Shown here one piece after another: positions 7,642 through 17,956 of a stretch of 64,000 nucleotides of DNA. Numbering within the stretch: the first letter of the stretch is position 1; every line of letters starts with the position of its first letter. Source of the stretch: Clostridia bacterium (lineage in GTDB: Bacteria > Bacillota > Clostridia > Oscillospirales > CAG-272); the NCBI GenBank assembly GCA_017399305.1, contig JAFQDK010000038.1:97-64096 (forward strand), written 5' to 3'. The position numbers were made by a program, and so were the translations under genes. The notes beneath the pieces were generated by a model. The model was not told where the DNA came from. It worked only from the letters and a program-made list of their open reading frames with translations, and ran no database searches.

Positions 7642-10600
7642 TTATTTTATCGAAAGTTTGATAATACGTACAACGTCAATCATATTGACTTTGCCGTCGC
7701 CGTTTACATCGGCATCTACAGGCTTTTTATTCAAAATGGCATTGAGCGTAAGCAATGCATCACCAACAGTAATTACTTCATTGCCGTCAACATCGCCGAC
7801 AATGTTGGGGGTAAGCTCTTCTTCGCCGGTGGATACAACCACAACTTGCTCACGAGCCATATTTGCAGTAAATGTTATCTCATAAACATCGCTTTCAGGA
7901 GATGCGCCACTGTTAGCAAACGGAAGCGCGGATGCATCCTTAGCAATCTTTGTAACAGTGGCAAGCTTGCCATTTACAAGTGCTGATGTTACAGGCACAT
8001 CAGAGTGAACACGAACCGTAACACTGCGCTCGGTATAATCTGTTGCAAATTCACCGTCTGTCACGCCGATATTTATGGTAGAAATTACACCCTCTGTAGT
8101 AACGCTTACATCCGTGGTGCGGAACTCGCCGTCAAGATAGCTTTCTGTTGCGCCGTCGTCCTCATAAAGAGTTGCACTTCCCTCTCCGAGACCGTAGACA
8201 TTGAGCGAAACATTCTGCCAATCTGCACCGGAAAGAGGAGATTCAACAGCGGATGAAAGGACTACAGCTCCGCTTCGAACATAGATAGGCGAAGAATATA
8301 CATCCTTTGTAACGGTAATTGTCTTAGGTCCTGTGATGACCTCGCCTGTGAACACGTCTATCCATTCGCCGTCAGGGATAAATACGCTTCTTGTGGATTC
8401 ATCAGCCTCGGTAACAGGGTCATACACAAAGTGAAGCTGTGCCTTGGCAGCCGCCTCATAATACTCTATGACGATATCATAGGTTACGCCTGCTTTAAGT
8501 ACATCTGTCGTATTCATATCAGAGTCGGCAAACAGATTTGACCACGAGCCGGCAAAAAGCTCACCGTTGATAAAGATTCGTCCGCCGTCGTCAACGATAA
8601 GTCCGATATAGCAATCTACCTCAGGGGTGATCGTGCCGGTGTAGCGTGCAGCAAAATAGTCTGCATCCACTCCGTTTGGCGACCACTGATCCCAGAAGTT
8701 GCTTATCTCTGAAACGGTTTCTGTATAAGCGGGAGTACCGTCAAAGTAGTTGTTCTTTGACAATCCCTCAATGTCATAATATGCGCCATCAAGTCCGTTT
8801 TCGCCCGCAGAATTCTTAAGCCATGATGACGGAACCACCGAAGTACCGTCACCGGGAGTGCCGTTAAACGGTGCAACAAGGATATCCTTACCCAGCAGAT
8901 ACTGAGTATTGTCCTTTGACTCCTCATATTCAGGATAGTGGAAATCAAGTCTGCGGATAAGCGGCATACCTGTCGCATGGTTTTCGTATGCAAGTGCGTA
9001 AGTATACGGCATAAGGTGATAACGCATATGAAAATAATTGCGTACCGCCGTTTCCGCTACCTCAGTATAGCTCCAAGGATAGTGGGGATTCTTGGGGTTG
9101 ATATCCGAATGAACGCGGAGTGACGATGCGAACGCGCCAAACTGCATCCAACGGATAAATGCGTTTTCTGAAACGGTATCGTTGTTTCTAAAGCCGCCAA
9201 GGTCAGCCGAGATATATGGGCTGCCACCGACCACACCGGAAACTACCGTATTCTCGATTTCTCTGCCGAGCTGCAAAACGTCGCCGTAAATGTCGCCCGA
9301 CCACTGCATACCGTAGCGATGACCGATTACCGACGGGTCGCCCTCGATAAATCCGTGGCGTAACCAATCGGCATTGGTGAGCATAAGCACACGCTGTCCG
9401 TATTCACCTTCGACGGCGGAATCTGCATTATATTTTGCCATGGTGTCATAGTAGAGTACCTGACCGAGTGTGGAATAAAGAACATTGGTATAAGGCGATT
9501 TTATTGTATACGACCAGTTGCGGTCATACCACCAGCCGTCAAGTCCCATTTCCATAAGCTTTGAAATGTTTGCACACTGCCACTTGAGTTCTGCCGGCGT
9601 GAGAATTGTCATTGAAGTGTTGTGAGTATGGTCATTGAAGAGGACAAACACGCCTGCCTCCTGAGCTTTTGCAAGGAAGCCCTCCATATCAGGATAAAGC
9701 TCGGTATTTGTTTCATATCCTGTACCGTCAGTATTTGAGCGCCACTCTGTGTCAATAACAATTACATCAAGCGGAACATCGCGGTCACGGTATTCCTCAA
9801 TCATTGCAAGCTTTTGCTCATCTGAGAATTTTGACCAGCGTGAATACCACGAACCATGGAATTTGATATCCGACATCATGGTACTGCCCGTAAGCGTTAC
9901 AAAATCCTGTCTGAGCTTTGCGCTGTCACCATTGGTTGCAACTACATAATAATCAATATTATCGCTGACTGTCCATCCGCTGTTTTCTGCTTCACTGCCA
10001 ACATATACCATGCCGCCCTCAGCAGGAACAACACCGTTGTCAACAAGTACATACACATCGGGAGTTTCGCTTGGAGCAGGAAGCGAAGAATAGAAGCCAT
10101 GCTGATATGAAGTGAAATAATCAAAGAGAATATTGCCCTCTTTGTCAAAAATCTTTACATCAGCAGCGGTTGCCCCCTCTAATGGAAGATTGATAACAAG
10201 CTTTGCAGTCTTGATTATTGCGGTTTCACCGTCATTGTCTACCGCCACTGCTGCACCGCCGAATTTTTCGCGATGAGGTACCATAAGAGTTTTTGAATCT
10301 ACAAAGCTACCATTTACAGCTTCTTCAACGCGCACAGCAGTGTCAGAAAGCACAGTGATGCGCACATCACCATAGGTATATGAATGAATACCTGCCTCGC
10401 CAAATGCCTTGTCAGTGTTCTTTGCAGTTACATTTTCCGCAATATATTTATCATTGTTGTAGCTTTCGATAGGATGAAGCTGCATTTCGCCCTGCATAAG
10501 GTCGGCAATAGTATTTGCGACATTGGGAATGGAGGTATCAACGTAGAGATCTGCGGTATATTTACCGTGGTATCTTACGCCGATGTAATTGGAAATACTG

Positions 10601-12882
10601 CCGCTAAAGATAATGTCCGCATCAAAATTACATCTTTCACCTCTCTGTGAACCGCTTAGTACATAGAGTGTACCTGTACCTGCAAAGTCAATCGCGCCGT
10701 CAATTGTAAGTGTAAGCTTTGCATCGGTTGCATAGTCATTGCCGAGGGATGCGGCGCAAAGTATCTTTGTAATGGTAAGAGTGTCATCTGCATCAGTTGC
10801 GCCGACGGTGATATTTATTTTTCCTCTGTACTCTGCCTTTAGGTCGCGATTACCGCCGCTTACATAATTGTACTTACCCGAACGGATAGTTACGTCAGTT
10901 GAATAACCGTGTGACGGCACGTCACCCGTAGAGGAAAAATGTGAATCCCAGCCGCCGACAACATACATGGGGGTACTGTTGCCCATGGTGATACCCTCGC
11001 CCATGACAAGCTTGTTTCCGCGTGCCTCAAATACCGTGGAAGCAGAAGGAACAATTGTGATATTCTCAACTGTAAATGCGCCGCCGAGCGAGAACTGATT
11101 TGCGGTGTTCAATGTGCCGCCACTGACTGTTATGTTGCCTTTATATTCTGGTGAAATATATCCACTTGGTACACTTGCACTGTCAACAATGTGAATATTA
11201 ACGGTCACACCGTCGCTCGCAACAGCTGCAGCGTGTATCATTGCATCGGTAAAGGTTGCAAAAGGAGTATCGGAAGTACCAACAGTAGCAATGTTATCCG
11301 TGGTGAAGCTTGTCACACCATTTGCAGAAACGTATACCTCGGTTTCGCTACGCGAAAGATAAACATATCCGCAACCGGAACATACATAGCTTGCCTTGGC
11401 ATTGACTGCTGTGGCTGAAAGAACAATGCTACCTTTGTGGTTGTCTGCATCCCTTTCACTTGCAACTTCAAAATCATGGCCGCATTTGCCGCAGGTATAT
11501 ATATCTGTACCGCCGGCAATACAGGTTGCCGCAACTTTCACGCTCTTGAAAGTCGCCTCTCCGTCATGCGCGCATGACGATGCACCGCAAACAGTGCAGA
11601 TCGTATTTTCAAATGTGTGCTCCTCGATTTCGGTTTCATATCCGCAATAGCAAGTCTTGTAGTGACCGTCACTGCTTGTTGAAACATATTCGCCGAGAGT
11701 GTGGGTGTGATAAACCGCAAGCTCGGGAACGCCGTTTCCGATTATCCAGCCTTCTTCTTTGGTGAGTCTTGATGCAAGGTCTGCTTCTTCGGTGATAAGA
11801 ATACCGTGCGTAGCAGTACCGCCGACTCCGCTTGCGTAAAAGCAATCAACAACCTCGCAACTGCGGATAACGCCGCCTATAGGTTCAACATAATTTGTTG
11901 CGGTTGTGACTATCTTGCCCGCGCTGTAGCAGTTTTCAAACGTGCCCTTATACGCGGTTGTGCCGCTATTGCCGCAGTAGGACATGATACCGCCTACATA
12001 GCCGCCGCTTACTGTAAGAGTACCGTTATTGATACAGTTTTTGAATACAAGCTTTTCTGCATCTGTTGAATAATTGCGGATAAAGCCGACAATGCCGCCT
12101 GTGCGACCGGGAGTTGTCATATCACCGTCATTCTGACAGTTTGTAAAGCTTACGGGAGAAGCATTTGAGGATGCAAGTGCTACGATACCACCGTAATAGT
12201 TGCCCGATGTAACGGTAGCGGTGATGTCGCCTGCGTTGTAAAGGTTTTCGTAGGTTATAGTGATATCCTGTGAAGAGGAAATTGCCCTTGCTACTACACC
12301 GCCAATCATAGTTTCACCGGTGATGTTGCCGTAGTTTTTCACATTGCGGACAACCTTTGTCTGGTCGCCTGTCGAGGTGTTGGAATGGACACCGCCGACA
12401 ATGCCGCCTACCTTGTTTACACCGCTTACCGTACAATAATTTGTAAGGTTTTCAAGCGTTGTATTTCCCCATGCACAGCCCACAATAGAGCCTGTGCCGG
12501 CTGTATCAACGCCAGAACCAGACGCCTCTGTTGAAGTAACAGAGCCATATGTTGCAAAATTTTTTATAGTTGCCGAATCCACATATCCGAAAAGTCCGAA
12601 CGCCGGAAGTGTGGAGTTTTCAAGCTTAATACCTTTAATGCTATAGCCTTTACCGTCAAAACTACCTGAAAAAGGAGTTTCTACAGTACCGATAGCGGTC
12701 TGCCCTGCACATGATGCAAGGTCTATATCCCCGGACAATATATAGTCTCCACTCCACGCTGACGGTGTGTTCATCAGCAAGAGAAATTCTTCTGCCGAGT
12801 CAATGCTCTCATCAAGCTCGACTGCATAAACAGAAAAAGCAAGGAGTAAAAGCATCAATAGAAATACTATTATTTTTTTCAT
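7642..12882 (-). CDS. Secreted multimodular GH31 glycoside hydrolase: GLUG-like repeat N-terminus, Cys/His linkers, GH31 barrel, PA14 insert, C-terminal dockerin
   Basis: Signal peptide from MKKIIVFLL (12882); PLDVIVIDTEW, GLDGWWYD (nucleophile), WSGD (acid/base), RWMQFGAF; PA14-like FAARYTGTI...DDGGRIFING; dockerin GDVDGNEVITVGDA...ADVNGDGKVNMID. Confidence 0.88.
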   Translation of the reverse strand: MKKIIVFLLMLLLLAFSVYAVELDESIDSAEEFLLLMNTPSAWSGDYILSGDIDLASCAGQTAIGTVETPFSGSFDGKGYSIKGIKLENSTLPAFGLFGYVDSATIKNFATYGSVTSTEASGSGVDTAGTGSIVGCAWGNTTLENLTNYCTVSGVNKVGGIVGGVHSNTSTGDQTKVVRNVKNYGNITGETMIGGVVARAISSSQDITITYENLYNAGDITATVTSGNYYGGIVALASSNASPVSFTNCQNDGDMTTPGRTGGIVGFIRNYSTDAEKLVFKNCINNGTLTVSGGYVGGIMSYCGNSGTTAYKGTFENCYSAGKIVTTATNYVEPIGGVIRSCEVVDCFYASGVGGTATHGILITEEADLASRLTKEEGWIIGNGVPELAVYHTHTLGEYVSTSSDGHYKTCYCGYETEIEEHTFENTICTVCGASSCAHDGEATFKSVKVAATCIAGGTDIYTCGKCGHDFEVASERDADNHKGSIVLSATAVNAKASYVCSGCGYVYLSRSETEVYVSANGVTSFTTDNIATVGTSDTPFATFTDAMIHAAAVASDGVTVNIHIVDSASVPSGYISPEYKGNITVSGGTLNTANQFSLGGAFTVENITIVPSASTVFEARGNKLVMGEGITMGNSTPMYVVGGWDSHFSSTGDVPSHGYSTDVTIRSGKYNYVSGGNRDLKAEYRGKINITVGATDADDTLTITKILCAASLGNDYATDAKLTLTIDGAIDFAGTGTLYVLSGSQRGERCNFDADIIFSGSISNYIGVRYHGKYTADLYVDTSIPNVANTIADLMQGEMQLHPIESYNNDKYIAENVTAKNTDKAFGEAGIHSYTYGDVRITVLSDTAVRVEEAVNGSFVDSKTLMVPHREKFGGAAVAVDNDGETAIIKTAKLVINLPLEGATAADVKIFDKEGNILFDYFTSYQHGFYSSLPAPSETPDVYVLVDNGVVPAEGGMVYVGSEAENSGWTVSDNIDYYVVATNGDSAKLRQDFVTLTGSTMMSDIKFHGSWYSRWSKFSDEQKLAMIEEYRDRDVPLDVIVIDTEWRSNTDGTGYETNTELYPDMEGFLAKAQEAGVFVLFNDHTHNTSMTILTPAELKWQCANISKLMEMGLDGWWYDRNWSYTIKSPYTNVLYSTLGQVLYYDTMAKYNADSAVEGEYGQRVLMLTNADWLRHGFIEGDPSVIGHRYGMQWSGDIYGDVLQLGREIENTVVSGVVGGSPYISADLGGFRNNDTVSENAFIRWMQFGAFASSLRVHSDINPKNPHYPWSYTEVAETAVRNYFHMRYHLMPYTYALAYENHATGMPLIRRLDFHYPEYEESKDNTQYLLGKDILVAPFNGTPGDGTSVVPSSWLKNSAGENGLDGAYYDIEGLSKNNYFDGTPAYTETVSEISNFWDQWSPNGVDADYFAARYTGTITPEVDCYIGLIVDDGGRIFINGELFAGSWSNLFADSDMNTTDVLKAGVTYDIVIEYYEAAAKAQLHFVYDPVTEADESTRSVFIPDGEWIDVFTGEVITGPKTITVTKDVYSSPIYVRSGAVVLSSAVESPLSGADWQNVSLNVYGLGEGSATLYEDDGATESYLDGEFRTTDVSVTTEGVISTINIGVTDGEFATDYTERSVTVRVHSDVPVTSALVNGKLATVTKIAKDASALPFANSGASPESDVYEITFTANMAREQVVVVSTGEEELTPNIVGDVDGNEVITVGDALLTLNAILNKKPVDADVNGDGKVNMIDVVRIIKLSIK

Positions 12883-12919
12883 TGTTATGACCATTCCTTT
12901 CTTAGAAGCACGTAACTTT

Positions 12920-15298
12920 TTAAATTGCAGATAAAATTTCAATAAGTGCGCCTTTGAGATATTCATTTTGGGCTACAGTGCAAACTTCCATTACACGTGA
13001 TGCCGCGCTATCGGTCTTATTGACGATTCGATTCAGTGCTTCAAGTGACATTGCCGGTAGACCTTTCATGCTAATCATCAAGTCGTACACGGTCTCCTTC
13101 ACCTCATTTTCAGGTAATACACCGCTTGTTTTTACTATAACGGTCATAGTTGAATCCTCGGTTACAGCAAAGCTGGATGTAGTGACAGTATGGCACTTGT
13201 CCGAATATACAAAATCAATCGGATCACCGTCTAAAGTAACCTCACTTGGCTTTTCAAAAGCAACAAAGCTAACCGCATACTCACGCTTTTTCGGTATTCC
13301 CTCGGTTGCTTTGGGCGCTTTGACAGTAAGAACAGAATTCTCGCCGTAAGCAAATGTATATTCGGTGCGACAAATAACATTGTTTTTCTTATTACCGCCG
13401 TTATCTTCAACCATTGTAAAGCTGCCGTCTGCACCGCCGAATACGCGAAGCTCGATTGCGTCAGGATTATCAGTACCATTTTTTACACCGTCGTTTGAGA
13501 GCGGTATTATCGAACCTGCCTTGGCAAACAGTGGGAATGTATCAAGAGTGCGATACGCCTTGAACTTCTTATTTCCGCTATATACTCTGCCGTTGAAAAA
13601 GTCAATATATATTCCCTCGGGAAGCCATACCTGGACACTTGCAAGTCCGCTTTCGGTATCGCGCTTTGAGGTGATGGGTGCGGCAATAAGCGATGAACCA
13701 TACCAATACTCATTCTTCACCTCTAAAACCTCACCTGCCAATGGGTGAGTGTGATACATCGGGCGTACGAGCGGTATGCCTTCCTCATGATTGCGATACA
13801 TCATGGTATAGATATAAGGTATGAGTCTATGGCGAAGTCGCATAAAATCGCCAACGATACTAAGGGCTTCATTACCCCATTTCCAAGGTTCTTTCGAAAC
13901 GAACTGATGGGGCGTTGAATGGAGACGCATTATCGGAGAAAATACACCGAGCTGTGCCCAGCGGGTATAGAGCTCGGCATCGCGGATACCCGGTTTAAAA
14001 CCTCCGATATCATGGCTCCACCAAGAAAATCCAACATTTGATGCGGTGGCTGTGAAATACGGCTGGAACTGCAAGCTCTCCCACGAAATAACAGTATCAC
14101 CGGAAAAACCTATCGGATAGCGATGCGATCCAACCTCGGCATAACGCGAAAAATTCAGCGCGCGCTTCTCGCCGCGAGCCCCATCAAGATAGTGACAATG
14201 ATTGAGCATCCAAAGTGCATCATAGCCCGCAATTTTTGAACCGCCCGGCTGCTGCCAGTCTACCCACCAAAAGTCTACACCGTCATCCTCATATGGATGA
14301 AGTACCTTGTCAAAATAGCTTTGCATAAATGCTCGGTCAGACACATCAAACTCAACGGGCTTGCCGTTTTTCTCCTTGCCAAGAGTTTCGCACATATCAT
14401 CATACTGCGCCTCGTCTGACAGAATTCCGTCACGCGGATGAAGATTGAGTGCAGTCTTTATGCCTCGGTCGTGAAGAGATGTGAGGAACTTCTTATAGTC
14501 AGGGAAAAGTTCCTTGTTCCAGGTAAAGCCTGTCCACTTTCTTACGCCGTCTGCCGCTTTTGTAATATGCCAATCCATATCAACGATGCCAACCGCAAGA
14601 GGAATATTCTCCTCAGCGAATTTATCCATAAGCTCGAGGTACTCTTTGTCAGAATATCTGTAATAACGGCTCCACCAGTTACCAAGCGCATAACGAGGGA
14701 GTAACGGTACAGGTGCGGACAGCTTATAGAAATCCTTGATGCACGCTTCGGGGAACTGTGCATTGCCAAAGAAATACAAGTCTATACGGCCGTTACCTCC
14801 AACGGGGACAGGCCAGCCGTCCTCACCTATTGCAATAGTATTGCTGTCATCAAGCAAGCTGAACGCTCTTGTTCTTCCTACAAGTCCGTCAGGCAGAGGA
14901 ATAGCACCGTTTACACCGTCGAGCGTGCGTACTGTTCCGCCATAGTTGTGCGGCAATTCCCTGCCATAAAACCAGTACTGCGCCTGATAACGTTTTGTAG
15001 CTTTGACCGAAATCTGAAGTCCTGTCTTTGAAAAAGGTTTTTCATCATATGTAAGATGCAGGTATTCGGTAACGATATGCAAATACCCGTCTTCAAAATA
15101 GCTTTCGTACTTCGGCTCAGCAAACGCACGGTTGAAGGCAATACGGGTAGCCCTATCCTCAAACACACCATCGGGACTGTATTCAAGGCGAAGAAGCTGC
15201 TCGGTAAGCACGGTAAAGCGGTATTTATCGCCCTTTACAACAAAGCGCTCATCCGCTTTAGGGTGCATTTCAAATATAGAGGTATCGCAGATTGACAT
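12920..15298 (-). CDS. Cytoplasmic GH31 alpha-glycosidase (GH31_u1-like)
   Basis: LGNWWSRY, IVDMDWH, GVDFWWVDWQQ, GFSGDT, WSHDIGG; no signal peptide; start moved to the ATG after GGAGG. Confidence 0.9.
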   Translation of the reverse strand: MSICDTSIFEMHPKADERFVVKGDKYRFTVLTEQLLRLEYSPDGVFEDRATRIAFNRAFAEPKYESYFEDGYLHIVTEYLHLTYDEKPFSKTGLQISVKATKRYQAQYWFYGRELPHNYGGTVRTLDGVNGAIPLPDGLVGRTRAFSLLDDSNTIAIGEDGWPVPVGGNGRIDLYFFGNAQFPEACIKDFYKLSAPVPLLPRYALGNWWSRYYRYSDKEYLELMDKFAEENIPLAVGIVDMDWHITKAADGVRKWTGFTWNKELFPDYKKFLTSLHDRGIKTALNLHPRDGILSDEAQYDDMCETLGKEKNGKPVEFDVSDRAFMQSYFDKVLHPYEDDGVDFWWVDWQQPGGSKIAGYDALWMLNHCHYLDGARGEKRALNFSRYAEVGSHRYPIGFSGDTVISWESLQFQPYFTATASNVGFSWWSHDIGGFKPGIRDAELYTRWAQLGVFSPIMRLHSTPHQFVSKEPWKWGNEALSIVGDFMRLRHRLIPYIYTMMYRNHEEGIPLVRPMYHTHPLAGEVLEVKNEYWYGSSLIAAPITSKRDTESGLASVQVWLPEGIYIDFFNGRVYSGNKKFKAYRTLDTFPLFAKAGSIIPLSNDGVKNGTDNPDAIELRVFGGADGSFTMVEDNGGNKKNNVICRTEYTFAYGENSVLTVKAPKATEGIPKKREYAVSFVAFEKPSEVTLDGDPIDFVYSDKCHTVTTSSFAVTEDSTMTVIVKTSGVLPENEVKETVYDLMISMKGLPAMSLEALNRIVNKTDSAASRVMEVCTVAQNEYLKGALIEILSAI

Positions 15299-15475
15299 AT
15301 CCTTTCCTCCCATAATATCATTTTCTAGTTTAATAGTAACATGAAAAAGCACTTTTGAAAATCAATAACATTTGCCTGTTATTAAAAAACATTTGGATTT
15401 TTCAAACAAAAAAAGCCGCCACTTCCTCTTGCAATTCAAAAACATTTCGGTTAAAATAGATGTGAGGTGATAGTG

Positions 15476-16243
15476 ATGGTTTATCAATTACATCGCGACA
15501 ACGAAGAATACTTTTGCTACGGAAGATGCCTGTCAAATCTGCATTTTCACCGTGCGATAGAACTTATCTACTGCATCACAAATCAAAAACCTATAATAAT
15601 AAGCGGAAAAGAAATGACTCTTGAAGAAGGTGAACTGCTATTTGTCCCTCCGCTTGTGCCACACCTGTATGTGCCTGTAAAAACACACCGCTCACTATGC
15701 GTTGTAATGCCTGTATCATACAGTGATATACTTGAAGAGCATATCAAAGGAAAAAGCTTTAGCGAATACATCGTACATGACAAAGCACTTGCAAAAGATA
15801 TATTTGACCATATGTGCATGCTTGAAAACTGCACAGAGCCGCTACTTAAGCAAGGTATATATACTTACATCATTGCGCGTATTATTTCTCATCTTCCGCT
15901 CTCAGAATCAGAGGACAAGCGCAAAGCCGATTTCTCTGTCAATGTGCTAATTTATATTGAAAAGCACTATGCAGAAAAGCTATCGTCCAAAACAGTAGCC
16001 AAAGCTCTCGGCTACAATCACTGCTATTTCTCTTCGCTGTTCAACCAGGCTTTTCGCAGTAATTTTACATACTATCTCAACATGGTACGCATCAACAAAG
16101 CATTACCTCTTTTAAAAAAACATACTGTTTCGCATACAGCAGAAGCAGTCGGATTTAACAATCTGCAGTCCTTTTACTCTAATTTCAAAAAGGTAACAGG
16201 AAAAACACCGTCTGAATACTTGCATGGCATAAATAAAAAATAA
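15476..16243 (+). CDS. AraC-family transcriptional regulator, divergent from the GH31 pair
   Basis: Cupin HFHRAIEL...PH; C-terminal YFSSLF...YLNMVRINKA...AVGFNN...F...FKKVTGKTPSEY. Confidence 0.92.
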   Translation: MVYQLHRDNEEYFCYGRCLSNLHFHRAIELIYCITNQKPIIISGKEMTLEEGELLFVPPLVPHLYVPVKTHRSLCVVMPVSYSDILEEHIKGKSFSEYIVHDKALAKDIFDHMCMLENCTEPLLKQGIYTYIIARIISHLPLSESEDKRKADFSVNVLIYIEKHYAEKLSSKTVAKALGYNHCYFSSLFNQAFRSNFTYYLNMVRINKALPLLKKHTVSHTAEAVGFNNLQSFYSNFKKVTGKTPSEYLHGINKK

Positions 16244-16269
16244 GACCACGGCCGTGGTCTTATTTTTTA
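16234..16269. terminator. Bidirectional terminator, perfect 36-bp palindrome
   Basis: TAAAAAATAAGACCACGG|CCGTGGTCTTATTTTTTA between convergent genes. Confidence 0.85.
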
Positions 16270-16788
16270 AACATAGAATATACGCTGTCCCTTACGCGGA
16301 GGTGCATCTGGGGTTTCAATATCGGCATAACCTATAATACAGTTTCCAATGCCCTCATAGTCGCCCTCAATGCCGCACTCACGTAAAATCGCCTTGCCCT
16401 CATCACACTCAAACACTTCTTTTGCACGATGGATCCAACAGCTTCCAAGCCCAAGCTCATATGCGGCAAGCATCATATTGCCCATTGTAAGACTTCCGTC
16501 ATAAAGATATGTTGGATACTGCTTATCGGCAAGCACCACAAGCACGACCGGCGCACCGTAAAACGGGTCAAAGTCTTCTTTGCCGAGGAACTTTGCATTG
16601 AGCGCCGACAGCCTATCACGAAGTGCTTTATCTGTAACCGCAAGCACTATAGGCGACTGAAAGTTGCGCCCATTTGCCGCATAAATTCCGGCAGTGCAGA
16701 TTCGCTTGATGAGTTCAATATCAACAGCATCGGGCTTATATTTTTTTATACTGCGGCGTTTAAGTGCCGCTTCATAGATCTCATTCAT
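16267..16788 (-). CDS. Nitroreductase family protein
   Basis: RRSIKKY, FYGAPVV, NMMLAAYELGLGSCWI. Confidence 0.92.
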   Translation of the reverse strand: MNEIYEAALKRRSIKKYKPDAVDIELIKRICTAGIYAANGRNFQSPIVLAVTDKALRDRLSALNAKFLGKEDFDPFYGAPVVLVVLADKQYPTYLYDGSLTMGNMMLAAYELGLGSCWIHRAKEVFECDEGKAILRECGIEGDYEGIGNCIIGYADIETPDAPPRKGQRIFYV

Positions 16789-16943
16789 CAGTATCACTCC
16801 TTTTAGTTTATTTTAGCATCTGTGTAGCACTCATGTCAACCTCGACTTATTGTCGATTTTTTTCGACACCTTGCCAAAACTGTATGGAAATAGTAATAAT
16901 TATATGCTATAATCGATACAAAGAAAATACACAAGGAGAAATC

Positions 16944-17921
16944 ATGGAAAACGAAGGCAAATTCAGATTACTGTATATATGCAAAATACTATACGAACTG
17001 ACAGATGAGAACAATCCCCTCTCCACAGTGCAGATAATGGATATACTTAAAAACAAATATGGCATATCATCGCACCGCATCACTGTTGGCAATGATATCG
17101 AAATCCTGAGAGAATTCGGAATTGACATATACAAAATAGAATCAACACAGAATAAATACTTTATTTCGTCACGAGCCTTTGAATTGCCGGAGCTTAAGCT
17201 GATGATTGACGCAATAGAGTCATCAAGACTTATTACAAAAAGCAAAACAAAAAAGCTTATCGACAAAATATCAGAGCTTTCAAGCATCAATCAGGCAAAA
17301 ACGCTGAAGAGAAATACGCATACCGATGATCGCCTTAAGCCCAAGAACGAAAAAATATATTACATAATTGATACTATAAATGAAGCGATAAACACCAATC
17401 ACCAGATATCGTTCAAATACTTTAAGCACGATGTAAATATGCAAAAACAACTTCGCCACGGCGGCGAAACATACACGTTCAGCCCATATTCGCTTGTCTG
17501 GAGCGATGACTATTATTACATGGTCGGATACTCACACAAGTATGAAAGCATAGGTTGCTTCAGGATTGACCGCATTGCAGGAACTCCGCAAATACTGCCA
17601 AACATATCCGAACCGATGCCAAAAGGTTTTTCTGTATCCGAACACCTGAAAGCCGCTTTCAGAATGTTTGGCGGCGAATACACCAGGGTGGAGCTTCTTT
17701 GTGAGAATGACATGATGGATGCCCTTATAGATAAGTTTGGAGAAAACATCCACACAAGCAATCACTGTACTAATACCTTTAAAGCAAGAGTTGAGGTATG
17801 CGTCAATCCGATATTCTTCCGTTGGGTATTCGGCTTTGGCGGAAAAATCAAAATACTATCACCGCAGAGCGTGAAGGAAAAATACGCCGATATGGTAAAA
17901 AAAGCATACGAAAACATATAA
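16944..17921 (+). CDS. wHTH-WYL-WCX transcriptional regulator
   Basis: N-terminal wHTH (TDENNPLS...DIEILR.FG.DI), WYL core SPYSLVW...YYYMVG...FRIDRI, WCX FFRWVFGFG..IKILSP; start at MENEGK after AAGGAG. Confidence 0.9.
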   Translation: MENEGKFRLLYICKILYELTDENNPLSTVQIMDILKNKYGISSHRITVGNDIEILREFGIDIYKIESTQNKYFISSRAFELPELKLMIDAIESSRLITKSKTKKLIDKISELSSINQAKTLKRNTHTDDRLKPKNEKIYYIIDTINEAINTNHQISFKYFKHDVNMQKQLRHGGETYTFSPYSLVWSDDYYYMVGYSHKYESIGCFRIDRIAGTPQILPNISEPMPKGFSVSEHLKAAFRMFGGEYTRVELLCENDMMDALIDKFGENIHTSNHCTNTFKARVEVCVNPIFFRWVFGFGGKIKILSPQSVKEKYADMVKKAYENI

Positions 17922-17949
17922 AAAAATCCCGCCAAAAGGCGGGATTTTT
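17922..17949. terminator. Bidirectional intrinsic terminator
   Basis: AAAAATCCCGCC-AAAA-GGCGGGATTTTT. Confidence 0.88.
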
Positions 17950-17956
17950 ACTTTTA

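Noticed and set aside
12883-12966. ORF-track N-terminal extensions (also 16764-16943, 27305-27367, 63310-63420)
   Set aside because: Downstream ATGs have SD-like sequences and give proper signal peptides or domain starts, while the extensions overlap other genes or promoters.
16234-16269. Perfect 36-bp palindrome as a mobile-element end or recombination site
   Set aside because: It lies exactly between convergent stop codons with A/T tails, occurs once, and is explained as a bidirectional terminator.
16944-17921. WYL gene as marker of a phage-defence island
   Set aside because: Its neighbours are a nitroreductase and a lipoprotein/ABC operon; no restriction-modification, Cas, toxin or nuclease effector genes are adjacent.
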